From an uncultured Anaerolineaceae bacterium (GTDB taxonomy: Bacteria; Chloroflexota; Anaerolineae; Anaerolineales; UBA4823), in contig CAYMLG010000009.1 of NCBI GenBank assembly GCA_964391195.1, positions 4,167 through 68,166 of the forward strand: 64,000 nucleotides of DNA. Direction: 5' to 3'. Shown here piece by piece: positions 60,538-64,000 of the stretch. Position numbers and translations under genes: made by a program. The first letter of the stretch is position 1; each line of letters opens with the position of its first letter. Under the pieces are notes generated by a model. It saw only the letters and a list, made by a program, of their open reading frames with translations, was not told the origin of the DNA and ran no database searches.

Positions 60538-61810
60538 TGCGGAGTTCGCCCGCGCTCCCGTTGGACGGGTGCTGCTCGGCCAGGCGCACCCAGCTCACCT
60601 GGGGCACATATACGCCGCTGGCTTCCTCCTGGCTCAGGCTCTTCCCGCTCACTTCGAACCAGGAGGAGTTCAGCTTTGCCAATGGCATGCCATCGATCGC
60701 GCCGGTCATCAGCTTGGCCTCGATGGAATACGCCCCCCCGGATAGTTGGAGCGGATCGACGCCGACTGAAACCACCCCTTCGCCTTCTAACCGGTCCAGG
60801 GAATAGCCGTAATCGCAGGTGCGGATCATGGCGCAGGTCACGCCATCGGCGCGGTTGATGCGCAGCACCAGGATGGGGTCGTCCACGGGTTGAGCGACCG
60901 TGTAATGCACCCGGATCTCGGCTGCATCCCGGTAGCTGAAGCCCCCCTGTTGGTTCGATCCATCTACCGGCAGCACTTCGATCAGATTCAGCACCACGGG
61001 CACCGCCAGGCTGGGGTCCAGGATGTCATTCTGGCTCTCGAAGGCCAGGGTCTGGTTTTGGTGGATCCAACTTTCGTACGCTTTGATCGCCTCGACCACA
61101 TCGCCGCGTTCGCGGACGATGCCGTTGGTCATGAAGATCGCTTCATCACACACGCTTTTCACCAGGAAGAGATTGTGGGCGACGAAGACGATGGTCGTCC
61201 CCTGCTTCTGCAGCGCGTCGATGCGTTGGGCGCATTTCTGGCGGAACTGCGCGTCGCCAACCGCCAGCACCTCGTCCACCAGGAGCACGTCCGGCTCGAC
61301 GTGGGCGGCGACCGAGAACGCCAGGCGGACGTACATGCCCGAGGAATAGCGTTTCACCGGTGTTTCGATGAAGCGCTCCAGCCCCGAGAAATCGACGATC
61401 CGATCGAATTTACGGGCGATTTCTCTCTGGGTGAGACCCAGGATCGAGCCGTTCAGATAGATATTTTCTCGTCCGGTCAGGTCCGGGTGAAACCCGGCGC
61501 CCAGTTCGATCAGAGCAGATACCCGTCCTTTGAGTTCAACCAACCCTGAAGTGGGTTGGGTGATTTTTGCCAAAATTTTCAGCGCGGTGGTTTTTCCGGC
61601 GCCGTTCGGTCCGATTAGGCCCAGCGCTTTACCTTTTTCCACCTCGAAACTGACATCTTTCAACGCCCACAGGGTTTTACGATCGGCATCCGGGTCCTTT
61701 CTGCTCACCGCCCGGCGAATTGCCTTTGCTACCGTCCCGCGCAAACCGATTTTGCCCAGGCCCAGGTTATACCGCTTGTACACGTGTTCAAAACGAATTT
61801 GCGGCGTCAC
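60512..61810 (-). CDS. Polysaccharide-export ABC transporter ATP-binding protein (Wzt/TagH-like) with a ~180-aa C-terminal extension
   Basis: Walker A is GPNGAGKTT, the signature is YSSGMYVRLAFS, and Walker B is LLVDEVLAVGD. Residues ~255-432 lie beyond the NBD and look beta-rich, as in Wzt C-terminal glycan-binding domains. Confidence 0.85.
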   Translation of the reverse strand: MTPQIRFEHVYKRYNLGLGKIGLRGTVAKAIRRAVSRKDPDADRKTLWALKDVSFEVEKGKALGLIGPNGAGKTTALKILAKITQPTSGLVELKGRVSALIELGAGFHPDLTGRENIYLNGSILGLTQREIARKFDRIVDFSGLERFIETPVKRYSSGMYVRLAFSVAAHVEPDVLLVDEVLAVGDAQFRQKCAQRIDALQKQGTTIVFVAHNLFLVKSVCDEAIFMTNGIVRERGDVVEAIKAYESWIHQNQTLAFESQNDILDPSLAVPVVLNLIEVLPVDGSNQQGGFSYRDAAEIRVHYTVAQPVDDPILVLRINRADGVTCAMIRTCDYGYSLDRLEGEGVVSVGVDPLQLSGGAYSIEAKLMTGAIDGMPLAKLNSSWFEVSGKSLSQEEASGVYVPQVSWVRLAEQHPSNGSAGELRNGSSNGSR

Positions 61811-61819
61811 GAATTCCTC

Positions 61820-62602
61820 CTAAATCAAGTCGGCAAAAGACACTTCGAGCCGCTTGAAGATGTAATAGCCCAAAACAAAGATAATTACCGAAACCACGGC
61901 CGCCAGGCCGAGCTCACTCCAAACCGGATTCTCGCCGTAGAGGACCACCCGGCGATAGGCGTTGATCACGCCCACCATCGGGTTCAGGGCGTAGATCGCC
62001 TGGAACCGCTCCGGGATGATGCTGGAAGAGTAGATGATCGGGGTGGCGTAGAACCAGAGCTGGGTGCCCAAGGGGATGATGAAACGCACATCGCGGTAGA
62101 AGACCAGCAGCGCCGACCCGATGAATGAAACCCCCAGGGCGAGCATGAGCTGGATCACCAGGATGAGCGGGATCCACAGCATCGTCAACCGCATCGGATA
62201 GTCGTAGTAGATCATCATCGCCAGGAAGATGGAGGAGGCGATCAGGAAGTCGAGCAGGCTGGCGCCGACCACGCCAATCGGCAGCACTTCCCGGGGGAAA
62301 TAGGTCTTTACTACCAGGTTCAGGTTGTAGACCAGGCTGGGGATGCCGTAAGATAGGGCGCTCGAGAACAACGTCCAGGGCAAGAGCGCCGAGTAGGAGA
62401 AGATGGGGTAGGGGATCCCATCGCTGGGCATCTTGGCGAACAGTGAAAAGATCACGGTGAAGATGGCCATCATCGAGAGCGGCTGGAGGATCGCCCAGGC
62501 TGCTCCCAGGATCGACTGCTTGTAGCGGACGCGCACCTCGCGGATCGACCATACCAGGATCAGTTCGCGAAATTTATATAGTTCTTTTACATAAGCTACC
62601 AT
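61820..62602 (-). CDS. ABC-2 type polysaccharide-export permease (Wzm/TagG-like)
   Basis: 260 aa. The N-terminus ELYKFRELILVWSIREVRVRYKQSILGAAWAILQP is typical of ABC-2 permeases. Six hydrophobic helices. It sits directly upstream of the ATPase gene. Confidence 0.85.
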   Translation of the reverse strand: MVAYVKELYKFRELILVWSIREVRVRYKQSILGAAWAILQPLSMMAIFTVIFSLFAKMPSDGIPYPIFSYSALLPWTLFSSALSYGIPSLVYNLNLVVKTYFPREVLPIGVVGASLLDFLIASSIFLAMMIYYDYPMRLTMLWIPLILVIQLMLALGVSFIGSALLVFYRDVRFIIPLGTQLWFYATPIIYSSSIIPERFQAIYALNPMVGVINAYRRVVLYGENPVWSELGLAAVVSVIIFVLGYYIFKRLEVSFADLI

Positions 62603-62664
62603 ACGGATATCCTTCGTTTGTTGGTTTGGGCGCTGCTCGCCCTGCCTACCGGCGAGCGGACTGT

Positions 62665-63585
62665 CTACGGGTGGGAGGCCACCTGGCGGAATTGTTTCAC
62701 CGTCTCGTCGACAAAGGCAGCGATGGCCGGGCCTACGGCCTGGTTCCCGGCGATGGTGGGGTGATTGTCCCGGCCTTCGCGGTATTCGGCCCGCAGCGTG
62801 TTGTAATCCGCGGCGGCCTGGTCGTTCTCTGCCAACTGCGAGAACAGGTCAAATACGTAAATATTGCCGGCGCCGGCCAGGAATTCGTCTGATTGCAGCC
62901 AGGTGGAGAGCTCCCTCGCCCGGGCGGCGCTTTCCGCATCGGTCCGGGCTGGATTCATCGGCGGCGGAGTCAGCAGGATGAAGAGCTTCTCCGGGTAACG
63001 GACCATGGTGTCGCGCACCTGCCGGAAGGAGGCTTTGTCTCGCTCCAGGTCGGCAGCGCTGAGGATTTCGCTGCCGGTATAGCAGGTCTTCACGATGATG
63101 ACTTCGTGTTGGAGCAGGCTGCTCAACGTGTTGCGCGGCCGGTCGTATACGGGTTGGCTGAAGATTGCCGCCAGCCCCTCGGGATCGGTGTTGTCGTCCG
63201 GCACGCCATAGGAGAACAAAAGGTACTTCCCCTGCGGATCGCGCAGGCCGATGCGGTTGTAATCGTGATCCCACAGGGAGTATCCCATCCCGGCTAACTG
63301 ATCTCTTAGCCCGCCCTGTTCGATCAATCCGCGTCCGACGGATTGGTGCAGGAACACGATATTCGTATAGTCGCCGGTGCTCGCCGCGGCAATTTTCCCG
63401 ATGGACAGCGCCCGGCTCACCGGGCTGACTGCCAGGCGCACACCGTTGGTAACAAAGCTCCTCAAGCCCAGGCTGCGTCCGGAGATCAGGCGGTAAGCAG
63501 CCAGCCCTACGAAGACGAGCAAAAGCAGGGCGGTGCTGGCCATCAGCACGGACTTTTTCAAGGATCTCGGAGATTTGTTCATCAC
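62665..63585 (-). CDS. Membrane-anchored hypothetical protein, possibly a divergent SGNH-like esterase/transferase
   Basis: N-terminal anchor VLMASTALLLLVFVGLAAY. Possible block I is IVFLHQSVG (Ser codon 63340-63342). A block V-like GRDNHPTIAGNQ places D-x-H at 62761-62769. The functional call is weak. Confidence 0.45.
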   Translation of the reverse strand: MMNKSPRSLKKSVLMASTALLLLVFVGLAAYRLISGRSLGLRSFVTNGVRLAVSPVSRALSIGKIAAASTGDYTNIVFLHQSVGRGLIEQGGLRDQLAGMGYSLWDHDYNRIGLRDPQGKYLLFSYGVPDDNTDPEGLAAIFSQPVYDRPRNTLSSLLQHEVIIVKTCYTGSEILSAADLERDKASFRQVRDTMVRYPEKLFILLTPPPMNPARTDAESAARARELSTWLQSDEFLAGAGNIYVFDLFSQLAENDQAAADYNTLRAEYREGRDNHPTIAGNQAVGPAIAAFVDETVKQFRQVASHP

Positions 63586-63592
63586 TCAACTC

Positions 63593-64000
63593 CTAACCAA
63601 ATACATAACGGTAACTCTGACGGACGGCCGATTTGGACATGATATTCATCATCAACCAGGGGATCCCGGCTCCGGCGACGACCATGATCACGAAACCCAC
63701 CAGCGGGTAGGCCAACATCCCCGGCGCAAAGTGATATACCGCCCGGGACATGTATTCCTGGATCAACGGGTGCACGAGGAAGATGCCGAAGGTTTTGTTA
63801 CCCAGGTTGTTCAACATGGCGGAGACCCTTGCCGGGAGCTGCTTCAGCGACAGGAAAGCGAAGATGGCCCACAGGGAGTACAGGGTGGAGGACAGGCTGA
63901 GAAAAGTGCCGCCGTAAACCAGGCTGCTCACCCGGTAGAGGACCTCCTGTTCGATCAGCACGGCAGCGATGAGCACCGGGCCCGCGATCACCAGCACGGG
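63593..64000 (-). CDS. Acyltransferase-3 (OafA/YrhL-type) family membrane protein, C-terminal part only (the 5' end is beyond the right edge)
   Basis: All-helical hydrophobic sequence with the family-typical LGNKTFGIFLVHPLI. The frame is open through nt 64000, so the listed Met is probably internal. Confidence 0.6.
   Translation of the reverse strand, partial: PVLVIAGPVLIAAVLIEQEVLYRVSSLVYGGTFLSLSSTLYSLWAIFAFLSLKQLPARVSAMLNNLGNKTFGIFLVHPLIQEYMSRAVYHFAPGMLAYPLVGFVIMVVAGAGIPWLMMNIMSKSAVRQSYRYVFG

Noticed and set aside
62635-62657. GCTCGCC-(9 nt)-GGCGAGC hairpin between the SGNH-like gene and the ABC permease gene
   Set aside because: It has a short stem, no U-tract, and is followed immediately by the permease SD (GAAGGA). 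It is probably just an inter-cistronic structure within one operon.

Overview
GC-rich bacterial DNA in which only the few intergenic spacers are AT-rich. It is almost entirely coding, and almost entirely on the minus strand. All calls rest on motif recognition in the supplied translations plus my own reading of the DNA; no database search was possible. In transcription order (right to left) the window contains five blocks. (1) 50312-64000 is a glycan assembly/export operon: a partial AT3 acyltransferase, an SGNH-like protein, an ABC-2 permease, a Wzt-like ATPase with a C-terminal extension, four GT-B glycosyltransferases, a sulfotransferase, a BNR/Asp-box protein, a CDP-paratose-2-epimerase-like SDR and a Wzy/WaaL-like membrane protein. 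(2) 47489-50215 is the only plus-strand gene, a secreted PQQ-type beta-propeller protein with an unassigned C-terminal half. (3) 42507-47051 encodes a small carrier protein, an acyl-AMP ligase, a Wzc-like BY-kinase co-polymerase and a secreted HGGG esterase. (4) 3823-42312 is a 38.5-kb translationally coupled operon: a type II thioesterase, six single-module cis-AT type I PKS proteins and a membrane-anchored SGNH hydrolase. The PKS domain orders are KS-AT-dh(remnant)-KR-ACP, KS-AT-DH-ER-KR-ACP, KS-AT-cMT-ACP, KS-AT-DH-cMT-ER-KR-ACP, KS-AT-cMT-KR-ACP and KS-AT-DH-ER-KR-ACP. (5) 1-3768 is the 5' part of a giant secreted tandem Ig-like repeat protein. The ORF track missed it because it has no stop codon in the window. 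The main points of interest are these. The PKS has no loading module and no release domain, and it is interleaved with polysaccharide genes, so it may make a polyketide-lipid glycoconjugate. Three of the five KR domains carry His in place of the catalytic Tyr. Two AT domains have non-canonical specificity motifs. The terminal module keeps an unpaired docking tail. I recognised no tRNA, rRNA, CRISPR array, transposase or integrase.
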